A DNA stretch of 64,000 nt. Source: an uncultured Clostridia bacterium. GTDB lineage: Bacteria; Bacillota; Clostridia; Christensenellales; UBA3700. Below, piece after piece: positions 52,228-61,219 of this stretch. The notes beneath the pieces were generated by a model. It searched no databases and was not told where the DNA came from. It worked only from the letters and a program-made list of their open reading frames with translations. The translations under genes and the position numbers were made by a program. The first letter of the stretch is position 1, and each line of letters starts with the position of its first letter. The DNA is taken from assembly GCA_948471525.1 (NCBI GenBank), contig CAOKSY010000003.1, forward strand, positions 15,265 to 79,264, in the 5' to 3' direction.

Positions 52228-53487
52228 TCACCAACCGTTGAACGTATCGTCAATCTCTTTTACTTCATCTTCGTCGATCGGATTGATCTCGGATACGGAT
52301 TTCGCCATAATGACCGAGCGCGCGGAATAATCCGCTACTTCCAGTCTGTCGAAAGCCTTGAGAATATTTTTGCCGACCGTTATCATACACTCGTTGTCTA
52401 TCACAACGACGGGCGACGAAGTAGTCAACGCGTCGGCTATCTTGTCAAAGTCTCCCATTGCCGTATAGGGAAGTCTCGTCACGTCCTTGAGCATTATGTA
52501 GCTCTCGGGTATCAGTCTCGCGTCAAAATGTTTATTGGCGAGAGCAAATCCCATAATTGCCGCCGGCATCGATACGAAAATTGCTTTCGCCTCCGGCATC
52601 CTGTCGAAGATCTTTTTTACAAGTCCGAAATAAGCGCATTTTTTGGACGAGGAAACTTTACCGTCGCAATAACGGATAATATCCTCTTCGCTCATATCCT
52701 CGGGAGAATCGCAATCGGCGTTGAAATAGATCGAGCCGTCGTCGCCGCGTACCGCAAGCGTGCCCCACTCGCTGCCGATAAGCGCGCCTTTATACGCTCT
52801 CTTGATAAACGCGATCATCTCGCTCTTTATCGACTTATCGCCGCAAGAGAGTTCTGCGACGGGAAAATCCGCGTCGGCAAGCGCGATCTTGTCGTCTATC
52901 TTCTTAGCTCCGCCGAGAGCGCGAGCGTGGAAGAGAGATCTGCAAAGATAGTCGAGAGTCTCGTATTTTGCAAGCGCGCGCTGCATATTTTCCGCGCCTA
53001 CCGTTGCTCCGTGATTATCCATCATTACCGAACGGCTGCCTGCAAGAAATTCGCCCATTACGATATCGCCCAGTTTAAGACTTCCCGGAAGAGCGTATCT
53101 CGATCCCGAGATCTTCCCAAGCGAATCCTCATATATCCTAGCGTACGAAGAATCGGGCACAAGCCTCATACAGGCATACGCCACAGCCGCAGGCGCATGA
53201 GCGTGCACGATAGCGCGCACGTCCTTGCAGGTACGATAGATATTGGAATGAAAAGGCAACTCCATAGACGGTTTGTGCTTGCCTATGACGGTGCCGTCGG
53301 GCAACACTTCTACTATGTCGTCTACGGTGAGCGAACCTTTATCTATACTGCTAGGAGTAATGAAGATATGTCCGTTGTCGTCGATCGCGGAGATATTGCC
53401 GCCCGAAGTGGTCGTCAACGCGTTGGCGTATACCCTCTGCATTGCCAACAGCACTTGTTCTTTGACGGAAAGAGTTTTTATATCCAT
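52228..53487 (-). CDS. tandem class II aldolase/adducin-domain protein (FucA-like N-domain plus degenerate C-domain)
   Basis: 419 aa. Domain 1 keeps the metal ligands (VHAHAPAAVAY; DNHGATVG). Domain 2 has FVSMPAAIMGF and DNECMITVG at the equivalent positions, so all three His are lost. Confidence 0.8.
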   Translation of the reverse strand: MDIKTLSVKEQVLLAMQRVYANALTTTSGGNISAIDDNGHIFITPSSIDKGSLTVDDIVEVLPDGTVIGKHKPSMELPFHSNIYRTCKDVRAIVHAHAPAAVAYACMRLVPDSSYARIYEDSLGKISGSRYALPGSLKLGDIVMGEFLAGSRSVMMDNHGATVGAENMQRALAKYETLDYLCRSLFHARALGGAKKIDDKIALADADFPVAELSCGDKSIKSEMIAFIKRAYKGALIGSEWGTLAVRGDDGSIYFNADCDSPEDMSEEDIIRYCDGKVSSSKKCAYFGLVKKIFDRMPEAKAIFVSMPAAIMGFALANKHFDARLIPESYIMLKDVTRLPYTAMGDFDKIADALTTSSPVVVIDNECMITVGKNILKAFDRLEVADYSARSVIMAKSVSEINPIDEDEVKEIDDTFNGW

Positions 53488-53499
53488 TTATCCCTCTCC

Positions 53500-55257
53500 T
53501 TATTTATAGAGCGGCCCGTATACCGCGCATGCGCGATAGTCCGCACTCTCTTGATCCTTGGTGCCGAAAGCCGTCCAAGCATGCGGTCTGAATATTCTGT
53601 CTTCGTCCACGTTGTGCATATTGACGGGTATTCTGAGCATAGATGCAAGCGTGATTATATCCGCTCCTATGTGTCCGTACGTAAACGCGCCATGATTTGC
53701 GCCCCAGTTTGCCATCACGCTGTACACGTCCTTAAACGCGTCTTTGCCTGTGAGTATGGGAGCAAACCAAGTGCTCGGCCACGTCGGGTCGGTTCTGTCC
53801 CACAGAATATTCTGCACCTTGTCGGGAACTGTTACGGTATATCCTTCCGCAATTTGTATAACGGGACCTAGTCCGTCGACCGTATTGACGCGCACCATCG
53901 TGACAGGTATCTCTGCCTCTGTCTTGAAGTGGGAGCTGAAACCGCCGCCTCTGAAATATCCGAGATTTGCCTGACACCAGTCAGTCTTGGACATACACGC
54001 GTCTATATCGTCTTTGCTCATATTCCACCACTGCTTGATGACGTTCTCGCCCTTGTCGTTCTTTGCCATAGCCGTGCCGTCGAGCGCAGCCGCCCCGCTG
54101 TTAATCAGATGTATAAATCCGTCTTTGGCTTTGCCCTCGGGAGTCCAACCGGTCACTCTTTTTATAGATTGAGGCGACCAATAAGTACGCACGTCGGCGA
54201 ATATGCTCGCGCGCTGCGTAAGCAGTTTTTCAAACAGCATAGCCATTCCGTTGAGAGTATCGTTTTCGGTAGCTACGATCAGCGGCTCTTTCTTGCCGTT
54301 CCAGTCAAACGACGAATTGAGTATCGCTTCGCTGAAATCGCCGTTGGGCAGCCAGTCTGTCCACATACGCTGTCCTTGGAAACCGCCCAAGATCGCGTTT
54401 CTGCCCAAAGCCTCTTCGTGCCAGCCTATATCGTCGAGTTTTTTATTGCCGAGCATAATGTCTTTGATACACAAAGTCATCTTGGCGATGAATTCCCACT
54501 GCTCGTCCTTTTCCTTGCGCGATTTGGGCGCGGCGTTGGTATCCTTGCCCTCTTTGCAGTTTTTCTTTATCCAATCGAGTTCTTTCTCGTACTCGGCAGT
54601 ATCGTATATTCCGAGAGCTATACGTCTCTGTATCTCCGTCATATCTACCCATTCCGACCTTATACCGAAGTATTTCTGCATAAGATCCGCGTCGAGGAAG
54701 GAACCGCCAATGCCCATTGCCACGCTTCCCAGTCCGACGTAAGCCTTATTTCGCATACAGCCCACCGCTATCGCGCATCTTGCGAATCGCAATATCTTTT
54801 CCGCAACGTCGTCGGGAATAACCGCGTCGTCCTTATCCTGCACGTCTCTGCCGTAGATAGCAAAAGCGGGAAGACCTCTTTGCGCGTGCGCAGCCATAGC
54901 CGCGGCAAGATATACCGCGCCCGGACGCTCCGTCGCGTTAAGTCCCCATACCGCCTTTATAGTATTGGAATCGAGATCCATCGTCTCTGTACCGTAACAC
55001 CAGCACGGCGTAACGCTTAGCGTGCCGACTATATTCTGCGTATCGAAGTATTCGCGGCACTTCGCCGCTTCCGCGCCTCCGCCGATAGTGCCGTCGTATA
55101 CGACTACTCTTACAGGCGTGCCGTCCGTGTAACGCAGGTTACTTTCGATAAGTTGTTTTGCCGACTGCGCCATGCGGCGAGTCTGCTCTTCAAGTCCTTC
55201 TCTTATTCCTCCCCATCTTCCGTCGATTATGGGTCTGATGCCGATTGCTGGTTGCAT
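53500..55257 (-). CDS. fucI: L-fucose isomerase
   Basis: 585 aa. MQPAIGIRPIIDGRWGGIREGLEEQT... is colinear with E. coli FucI (…[22 protein letters not shown]…). RBS is AAGGAG. Confidence 0.93.
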   Translation of the reverse strand: MQPAIGIRPIIDGRWGGIREGLEEQTRRMAQSAKQLIESNLRYTDGTPVRVVVYDGTIGGGAEAAKCREYFDTQNIVGTLSVTPCWCYGTETMDLDSNTIKAVWGLNATERPGAVYLAAAMAAHAQRGLPAFAIYGRDVQDKDDAVIPDDVAEKILRFARCAIAVGCMRNKAYVGLGSVAMGIGGSFLDADLMQKYFGIRSEWVDMTEIQRRIALGIYDTAEYEKELDWIKKNCKEGKDTNAAPKSRKEKDEQWEFIAKMTLCIKDIMLGNKKLDDIGWHEEALGRNAILGGFQGQRMWTDWLPNGDFSEAILNSSFDWNGKKEPLIVATENDTLNGMAMLFEKLLTQRASIFADVRTYWSPQSIKRVTGWTPEGKAKDGFIHLINSGAAALDGTAMAKNDKGENVIKQWWNMSKDDIDACMSKTDWCQANLGYFRGGGFSSHFKTEAEIPVTMVRVNTVDGLGPVIQIAEGYTVTVPDKVQNILWDRTDPTWPSTWFAPILTGKDAFKDVYSVMANWGANHGAFTYGHIGADIITLASMLRIPVNMHNVDEDRIFRPHAWTAFGTKDQESADYRACAVYGPLYK

Positions 55258-55826
55258 AATGTTCTCCTTAAAAAAGATAATTCGACGGTCGCGAAAGAGA
55301 TCTCGCTTCCTATTCGCGCCATTAAATATATTATAATATATCTATTTAGAAATTACTATAGCATTTTGAAAATTTTATAAAAAATTACGCCCGCAAAAAA
55401 ATCGCGAGCGCATGCAAAAGACTTGTCATTTAATTAAATCACTTTTGAGCGTCAAATCTGTTGGAGTATGATGCCATTCCTCCCATCATTGCGTTTGCCA
55501 TCTGCTGAGCTTGATTTTTTACGCATTCTTCTTCGTACAACTCTATTTGATTCATAACTATTCTTTTAAAACCGTCTCCGTCTCTTATATTGTCGAATTC
55601 CAATGTTCCTGCCGCGGTACAAATTTTAATTTTATAATAATTGCCGAATACGCGCCTACGGTTTGACCGCAGACGCGTATTTTATATATTATTCAAAAAT
55701 ATTATGTCATTGAAATAAAAGATATGATCGACTCAATATGTAAAGTTATTCACAGATAAAATTCTTTTCATATAACGTAAACAAATTCATTATTATTTAA
55801 GCGCGCATTCCCCAATCTCAAAACTT

Positions 55827-56306
55827 TTACGACAGCTCTTTTCCTCTGTATATCCCTGCTTTGCGGGCTATCGCAAACAAATTCTCCTTGTCGCCTTTGA
55901 CGAGTTTGCCGTCTTTATCGGGAGGAAGATTGACTACCATACTGTTGAACGTAGATCTGATTATATTTATCCGCCTTACGGCTTCGTCGACGTCCATAAG
56001 AGTGGTGCCGCTTTCATATGTATCGGAATAAAACCATTTTCCTTCTATACGGGAACAGACCGTATGCTCGAACGGAAGATAATATTTCTGATCCTTAAAA
56101 GTAAATATCTTGGGATCGTCCGCCCTGCACATATGAGGATCCCAAAGTCTGAAATCGGACGGGAACATACGTATCGGGTCGCCTTCCTGTTGCGACAGCG
56201 GCATATATCTCTTTTTTGGCACTCCCTTCTTGCCGTTGAATTTGCCTATTGTAAGATTCACGCCCACGTGACAATCCGGCTGAAGAGTCTTGACAAAAGA
56301 ATAAAG
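55827..56306 (-). pseudogene. C-terminal fragment of a glycoside hydrolase (possibly GH29 alpha-L-fucosidase-like)
   Basis: The frame is open from 56306, but the only start is a GTG at 56267. ...FEHTVCSRIEGKWFYSD...NSMVVNLPPDKDGKLVKGDKENL... loosely resembles the WE.C...W.Y...GNLLLN.GP..DG.I end of GH29. There is no N-terminal catalytic part and no RBS. Confidence 0.4.
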
Positions 56307-56576
56307 TCATCCCGTCGGCCACGTTGCCCGCCGCGCGAATTACAAACAGATCTCCTATACCTGCGGAAAAGATACTCTCGGAGATAACTCTCGAATCCGA
56401 ACAGGAAATTACTACGGCGTACGGACTTTGACCGTTGCGGCTTGCAAAACTGCGCGCTTTGGGAGACACGTCTCCGAGACATCGCTCGCGCAAATAAATC
56501 TTGCGTTTCCGTCCTTCAATTTTTCCAGCGCAGAGACAGCATTGACAGAAATCTCTTCCGCATACTTTTCTTTCAT
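56290..56576 (-). pseudogene. beta-class carbonic anhydrase, frameshifted and 3'-truncated
   Basis: ATG 56576 (AGGAG 9 nt upstream) gives [35 protein letters not shown]..., which stops at TAG 56414-12. The conserved continuation ...[38 protein letters not shown] lies in another frame (track ORF 56095-56493). The HxxC zinc motif that should follow is missing. Confidence 0.7.
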
Positions 56577-56601
56577 CTATGGAAACTCCTTTTGTAGAAA
56601 C

Positions 56602-57081
56602 TTATCTATTGCGTTTGCCTGTTATCGACGTACAGTCTATGCGGAAAACGCAAGTCTTTTCAAGTAATGCGCGAGAATATTCATATTCGCCACCTCCGCC
56701 ATTTGCCTGCGAAATTATCAGATCGAGCGCGCGGCTCTTATCTTTGTCGGATTCAATAAATTCGACTTTTCCCTCGCCGGCGACGCTTGCGTAACTCCAA
56801 CTTAAAGCGCAAGGATTGTTTTCCGCTTCGCCGATCAGCCCGTTGGACAGGTCTATTATAAAATACACTTGAGGATATGCGCGCAATATATCTATTTTTC
56901 GCCCCTCGCCGGCGCTGTGAAAATACAATATCAGACCGTCGTCTTTTCGCTCGTATCCGTAATTCATTACAGCGATATAAGGCTTGCCGTTGTCCGACAT
57001 CGCAATATGCGCGACGTTATGCCCGCGCACGATCTGGAATATTTCTTCTATGTCCTTTATCTCTCTGTCAATTCTTCTCAT
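56602..57081 (-). CDS. pyridoxamine 5'-phosphate oxidase-fold flavoprotein (NimA/PNPOx-like family)
   Basis: 159 aa. MRRIDREIKDIEEIFQIVRGHNVAHIAMSDNGKPYIAVMNYGY...LYFHSAGEGRKIDIL... is the typical pattern of the split-barrel family. Confidence 0.7.
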   Translation of the reverse strand: MRRIDREIKDIEEIFQIVRGHNVAHIAMSDNGKPYIAVMNYGYERKDDGLILYFHSAGEGRKIDILRAYPQVYFIIDLSNGLIGEAENNPCALSWSYASVAGEGKVEFIESDKDKSRALDLIISQANGGGGEYEYSRALLEKTCVFRIDCTSITGKRNR

Positions 57082-57091
57082 AACTATCGCT

Positions 57092-57691
57092 CTATTTACC
57101 TACTACTTCATATATATCGCGCCCTGTCAGATCTTCAAAATATTTTTTAAGCGCTAAATTCTTATCCCATTTGTCCTGAGGATAACTTCCGTAGCGTTTT
57201 TTTACGTCGCTCATCCTCTCTTCAATATCTACTATTCCCTCGGCGGCGCCCATCGCGTCGCAAAGCTGTATAAGCCTGTCGTAATCATCGTATTCTACGG
57301 CGTGCAAAGCGTCTTCAAGTTCTTTCAACTCAGAATCATCTATATCGATTTTGCCTATATACGTCCCGATATCCTTTATCCCGAAGGAATGCGTAAGACA
57401 TATCCTCGCGACTTGCCTATACCCCAAGCCGAGCATATATTTATATCCGTCGTAGACGTGTCCCAAATGACGCGTCCCGAATCTCCTGCCTATATCGTGC
57501 ATAAGTCCTAATACGTAAGCTTTTTCGCCATCCATACCGCAAGCCGAAGCTATTCTTTCCGCGCACAGAGCCACGTTGCGACTGTGCTCCGTCCAAGGTC
57601 CGAGATTGTGCGAAGATGCTTCGGCAAGAATTTCTTCCGCCGTTTTTTTGTCAGGATATTCTTTATTTGATAAATCTTTCATTATCGGCAT
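57092..57691 (-). CDS. HD-domain phosphohydrolase
   Basis: 199 aa with H...HD signature residues (HSRNVALCAE...LGLMHDIGR). Confidence 0.75.
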   Translation of the reverse strand: MPIMKDLSNKEYPDKKTAEEILAEASSHNLGPWTEHSRNVALCAERIASACGMDGEKAYVLGLMHDIGRRFGTRHLGHVYDGYKYMLGLGYRQVARICLTHSFGIKDIGTYIGKIDIDDSELKELEDALHAVEYDDYDRLIQLCDAMGAAEGIVDIEERMSDVKKRYGSYPQDKWDKNLALKKYFEDLTGRDIYEVVGK

Positions 57692-57692
57692 T

Positions 57693-58832
57693 TTATTTGA
57701 TAAGCTTTTTTACAATATGTTTCAACGTCTTTTCCGAAGTCTTTTTCTCAAAATCGGAAAGTTTGTCAAAATTGCTAAACGTGCCGCCGTCGTCACCCGA
57801 CCATCCGATAAGCCATACGTTTTTGAGATCGTCGCCAAGATTGTCGCTGTCGGACTTATACTTGAAGACGTGATACTGCGCTCCTTTTATCTTGGTCACT
57901 CCCAACAATTCGATCTCGTCGGGCAAAGCGTTCAACTCCGTAGGGTAGGTGAGCCAGTGCGCAAGATCGCTCTTGGCAAGATACTCCGCCGTATCGAGTT
58001 CCTTGGGGAAAAGATCTCCTTTGCCGCACTTGTCCAACGCTCTCTTTGTGAAAAGCGCATACTTGAGATCTTGAGCAAGCGATCTCACCGTCTCGTCGGA
58101 CACGTTGCGCTTATTTTCCAACAACGTCTCGAATGCAAAAAACTTTATTATGTTTTTATCCAACATAACGGCTTTTTCAAGCAACCCGAGCAATCTGTCG
58201 TCGGCGTAACACTTGCTTACGTCAAGCGCGAATTCGAGGACGGTTTCGCCGTCTTCGTCGATGGTATCGGGATTCTTGAGCAGTCTCTCCATCTCGGTGG
58301 CGGTGAAGTCCGCCAAAGAGGCTCTTGCCTCTGCCGTCATATTCTTTATCTTCTCTTTATATTCATTGATGCCTCTATAGAGCATCGACCTCTGATAATC
58401 GTCTTTGACGGAACTTGCGATAGCGAGCGCTTTGTCTACGTCGCTTTTTTCTATCTTGGAAAGTTTAAACATTTCGTCGACTGCGTTTTCGAGCGTTCTC
58501 TCAGCCGATACCGCGGCGACCAACTTTTTTATCAATTCAAACTCCGCTTCGGCGCTTTCGTTCGGCTTGCCCAATACCGTATATATCATCAACAACCTGT
58601 CTTCATAAGCAAACAGATTCTCCTTTTCTCTATAATTCTTTGCTTTGGGAATTACGTTCAAGATCCTCTCCATCTCCGAGAGGGCAAACTTTTTTATCTC
58701 GTTTTTCTCCGATTCCGAAATGCGTCTGATATTTTCTCTGATTATATTGCCCAAATACTCTAGCAAGCGCGCGTTTTCTTCATAATTTTCGCTGTTTCTT
58801 ATACCGTCAAAAATTTGATCAAACTGTGACAT
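57693..58832 (-). CDS. hypothetical alpha-helical protein
   Basis: 379 aa, helix-rich with no recognisable motif. Its stop lies 1 nt from the HD-gene start, suggesting an operon. Confidence 0.5.
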   Translation of the reverse strand: MSQFDQIFDGIRNSENYEENARLLEYLGNIIRENIRRISESEKNEIKKFALSEMERILNVIPKAKNYREKENLFAYEDRLLMIYTVLGKPNESAEAEFELIKKLVAAVSAERTLENAVDEMFKLSKIEKSDVDKALAIASSVKDDYQRSMLYRGINEYKEKIKNMTAEARASLADFTATEMERLLKNPDTIDEDGETVLEFALDVSKCYADDRLLGLLEKAVMLDKNIIKFFAFETLLENKRNVSDETVRSLAQDLKYALFTKRALDKCGKGDLFPKELDTAEYLAKSDLAHWLTYPTELNALPDEIELLGVTKIKGAQYHVFKYKSDSDNLGDDLKNVWLIGWSGDDGGTFSNFDKLSDFEKKTSEKTLKHIVKKLIK

Positions 58833-58980
58833 ATTACTTATCTCCGTGACTTTTTTCTTTTATTATATCACTTCGAGACGATCATTTCAAGCCCCGGCTT
58901 TGTCGCCGCGCCTCATTTTTCCTTGCGGCAAACGATGAGATAGTGTATACTTTCAATAGATAAGCGCGGAGATAAAAAAC

Positions 58981-59751
58981 ATGTACGCAAATAAAGAAAT
59001 AATTAATATAGCAATGCGACAGTCGGCGTTGGACAACAACTGCAAAGTCTCGGATTTTTTAGAAAGCCATAACGTGATAGTCGGCTCTAAAATAAGCGCT
59101 TTTGCGAGAAAATACTATAGCGAACCCATTACCTGCAATCTTGTCTCGTACGGCAACAATATAGTCGCTTCCGTCAAAGACGAATACAGAGACGTCGTAG
59201 AAGAATATATTGATAAATACGAATTTTATCATTGTTTTGAGACGCCGAATATTCATAGATTGGACAATAGCTTGAGCAAATACTCTCAAAAAGTCTGCTT
59301 TATGGCAGAATATTTTCTGCCCGACATGGAAAAGATCAAACCTCTCAATTGCGACTATCAGATAAAGATCCTGCAAAGAGAAAATCTAATCAGCCTGTAT
59401 TTGCCCGAGTGGAGCAACGCTCTGTGCGAAGCAAGAAAGGAATTGGATATGCTCGCCGTCGGCGCTTACGACAACGGAAAACTCATCGCTTTGGCAGGCT
59501 GCTCCGCCGACTGCGAAGATATGTGGCAGATAGGCGTCGACGTATTGCCCGCATTCCGCAAAAAAGGCGTCGCGGCTGCCTTGACAAGCCGTCTGGCAAT
59601 AGAAATTTTAAATAGAGACAAGGTGCCGTTTTACTGCTGCGCCTGGTCAAATATTCCGTCAGCGCGCAATGCCATAAAGAGCGGCTTTCTTCCCGCATGG
59701 GTAGAAATGACAGTCAAGCCGTCTTCCATAGTCGACGAAATGATCAAATAG
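58981..59751 (+). CDS. GNAT-family N-acetyltransferase (two-lobed, 256 aa)
   Basis: C-terminal GNAT core: VLPAFRKKGVAAALTSRLAIEIL...ARNAIKSGF. Confidence 0.7.
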   Translation: MYANKEIINIAMRQSALDNNCKVSDFLESHNVIVGSKISAFARKYYSEPITCNLVSYGNNIVASVKDEYRDVVEEYIDKYEFYHCFETPNIHRLDNSLSKYSQKVCFMAEYFLPDMEKIKPLNCDYQIKILQRENLISLYLPEWSNALCEARKELDMLAVGAYDNGKLIALAGCSADCEDMWQIGVDVLPAFRKKGVAAALTSRLAIEILNRDKVPFYCCAWSNIPSARNAIKSGFLPAWVEMTVKPSSIVDEMIK

Positions 59752-59822
59752 GAAGATCAATATATTATATTTTTTTTGAATGGAGCAGAACGCTCCCCTC
59801 TCATATTAATAAAATTATCTTA

Positions 59823-60386
59823 TCATTGATACTTAATCATTTGATCTAATATATGACGCATATCGGATTTCAATATTTCAATATCTATCGTTTTATCATA
59901 TACCGCGCTTATATAATACATATTATCGTCAATATAATATATGATCGTCAAAGAATTTTTCCGTACTTTACCGTTTTCTGCATTGAAGAGATAAGTAATT
60001 GTTTGATTGTTGTATTCATCTGTTATCAAATACTTAGAATATTCTTCCATAATACCGATGCCCAACCCGTCATGTGAGTCTGCGGCAATATAGATATTTC
60101 TATTACTGTCATTAAGACTGATAGAATATCCCGTACTTCTCTTTGGATTTATTTCAAATCTGGTGAGCACTACGCCCATATGTCCCTCGATATAAATAAT
60201 AGAACATTCGACGTCGCCTTCAAAAGGCAATTCCGAAGGCATACTATATTTATCGTTCAACTTTTTATTCAGTTTGTCCAACGTAACGTCTTCTCTTGTT
60301 ACAGGCTGCAATCCCCAATATAAAACTCCCATTGCGATCACAATAAATACTATCACGCTCAACGCAATCAATAACTTCTTCTTCAT
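59823..60386 (-). CDS. membrane-anchored hypothetical protein
   Basis: 187 aa with an N-terminal TM segment (LLIALSVIVFIVIAMGVLYWGL). The gene is AT-rich. Confidence 0.5.
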   Translation of the reverse strand: MKKKLLIALSVIVFIVIAMGVLYWGLQPVTREDVTLDKLNKKLNDKYSMPSELPFEGDVECSIIYIEGHMGVVLTRFEINPKRSTGYSISLNDSNRNIYIAADSHDGLGIGIMEEYSKYLITDEYNNQTITYLFNAENGKVRKNSLTIIYYIDDNMYYISAVYDKTIDIEILKSDMRHILDQMIKYQ

Positions 60387-60477
60387 AATCCCACCTCCAT
60401 TCTATCTCACAATATACTACACTTGACAATAGCCGTTTGTATCGCAGGCTTGAAAATTCTTTAAAATAGAAAAAGAT

Positions 60478-61024
60478 CTAGCGTCTTGTGCGAGCGTCAC
60501 TATTTCGATCTGTCCGTCTATTACCTACTCAAGCAAGCCGCCGCTTCGGTAATGCAAAAAGGAGCGCGTTTCTTGCGCTCCTTTTGCGTTGCCGTCCAAG
60601 GCATGGCTTGCGGTCTGGTGGGCAATATAGGATTCGTAAGGAGCGTAGCGACGGAATAGCGAGCAAGCGTCCTAGCGTCTTGTGCGAGCGTCACTATTTC
60701 GATCTGTCCGTCTATTACCTACTCAAGCAAGCCGCCGCTTCGGTAATGCAAAAAGGAGCGCGTTTCTTGCGCTCCTTTTGCGTTGCCGTCCAAGGCATGG
60801 CTTGCGGTCTGGTGGGCAATATAGGATTCGTAAGGAGCGTAGCGACGGAATAGCGAGCAAGCGTCCTAGCGTCTTGTGCGAGCGTCACTATTTCGATCTG
60901 TCCGTCTATTACCTACTCAAGCAAGCCGCCGCTTCGGTAATGCAAAAAGGAGCGCGTTTCTTGCGCTCCTTTTGCGTTGCCGTCCAAGGCATGGCTTGCG
61001 GTCTGGTGGGCAATATAGGATTCG
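60478..61024 (-). repeat. perfect 194-bp tandem repeat, 2.8 units, each containing a terminator hairpin and ending in the 21-nt 3' end of tRNA-Val(GAC)
   Basis: The period is exact: TGGTGGGCAATATAGGATTCG occurs at 60616, 60810 and 61004. The copies appear identical by eye, and the three track ORFs that start MRASLFRSV are identical. Internal hairpins GGAGCGC-GTTTCTT-GCGCTCC lie at about 60561, 60755 and 60949. Confidence 0.95.
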
Positions 61025-61078
61025 AACCTATGACTTTCTCCACGTCAAGAAGACACTCTCCCTCTGAGTTAATTGCCC
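61004..61078 (-). tRNA. tRNA-Val (anticodon GAC)
   Basis: Hand-folded 75-nt cloverleaf on the minus strand: GGGCAAT-TA-ACTC-AGAGGGA-GAGT-G-TCTTC-TTGACGT-GGAGA-AAGTC-ATAGG-TTCGAAT-CCTAT-ATTGCCC-A-CCA. Confidence 0.9.
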
Positions 61079-61219
61079 ATATTATTTAATACCGAAATAT
61101 TAAATATCAAAGATATTATCGGCACAATTCGAAGTATAGCGGTTATCCGACAAAAAGTCAAGATAATTCGCAAAATTAATTTCAATTTATTATATTTCCA
61201 AAATCAGTCTACGCCGAAG

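Noticed and set aside
52528-55020. Plus-strand ORFs of 447 aa, 363 aa and 179 aa over the aldolase and fucI genes.
   Set aside because: Antisense shadows. The minus-strand products have unambiguous homology.
55439-55690. A minus-strand open frame ending ...IVMNQIELYEEECVKNQAQQMANAMMGGMASYSNRFDAQK* (38 aa from the only ATG, 55555) with a downstream hairpin and T-run.
   Set aside because: It looks protein-like, but it has no convincing start or RBS and no recognisable family. It could be a small gene or another remnant, and it is too uncertain to call as a feature.
60478-61024. Whether the repeat array could be a CRISPR array.
   Set aside because: The units are 194 bp, identical and contiguous. 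There is no alternation of short repeats with unique spacers, and no cas genes are in the window.
60488-61089. Three plus-strand ORFs beginning MRASLFRSVRLLPTQASRRF... (121, 135 and 63 aa).
   Set aside because: They are artefacts of translating the 194-bp tandem repeat. They use a GTG start, are Arg-rich and have no RBS. The period is not a multiple of 3, and they run antisense through the terminator hairpins and the tRNA.
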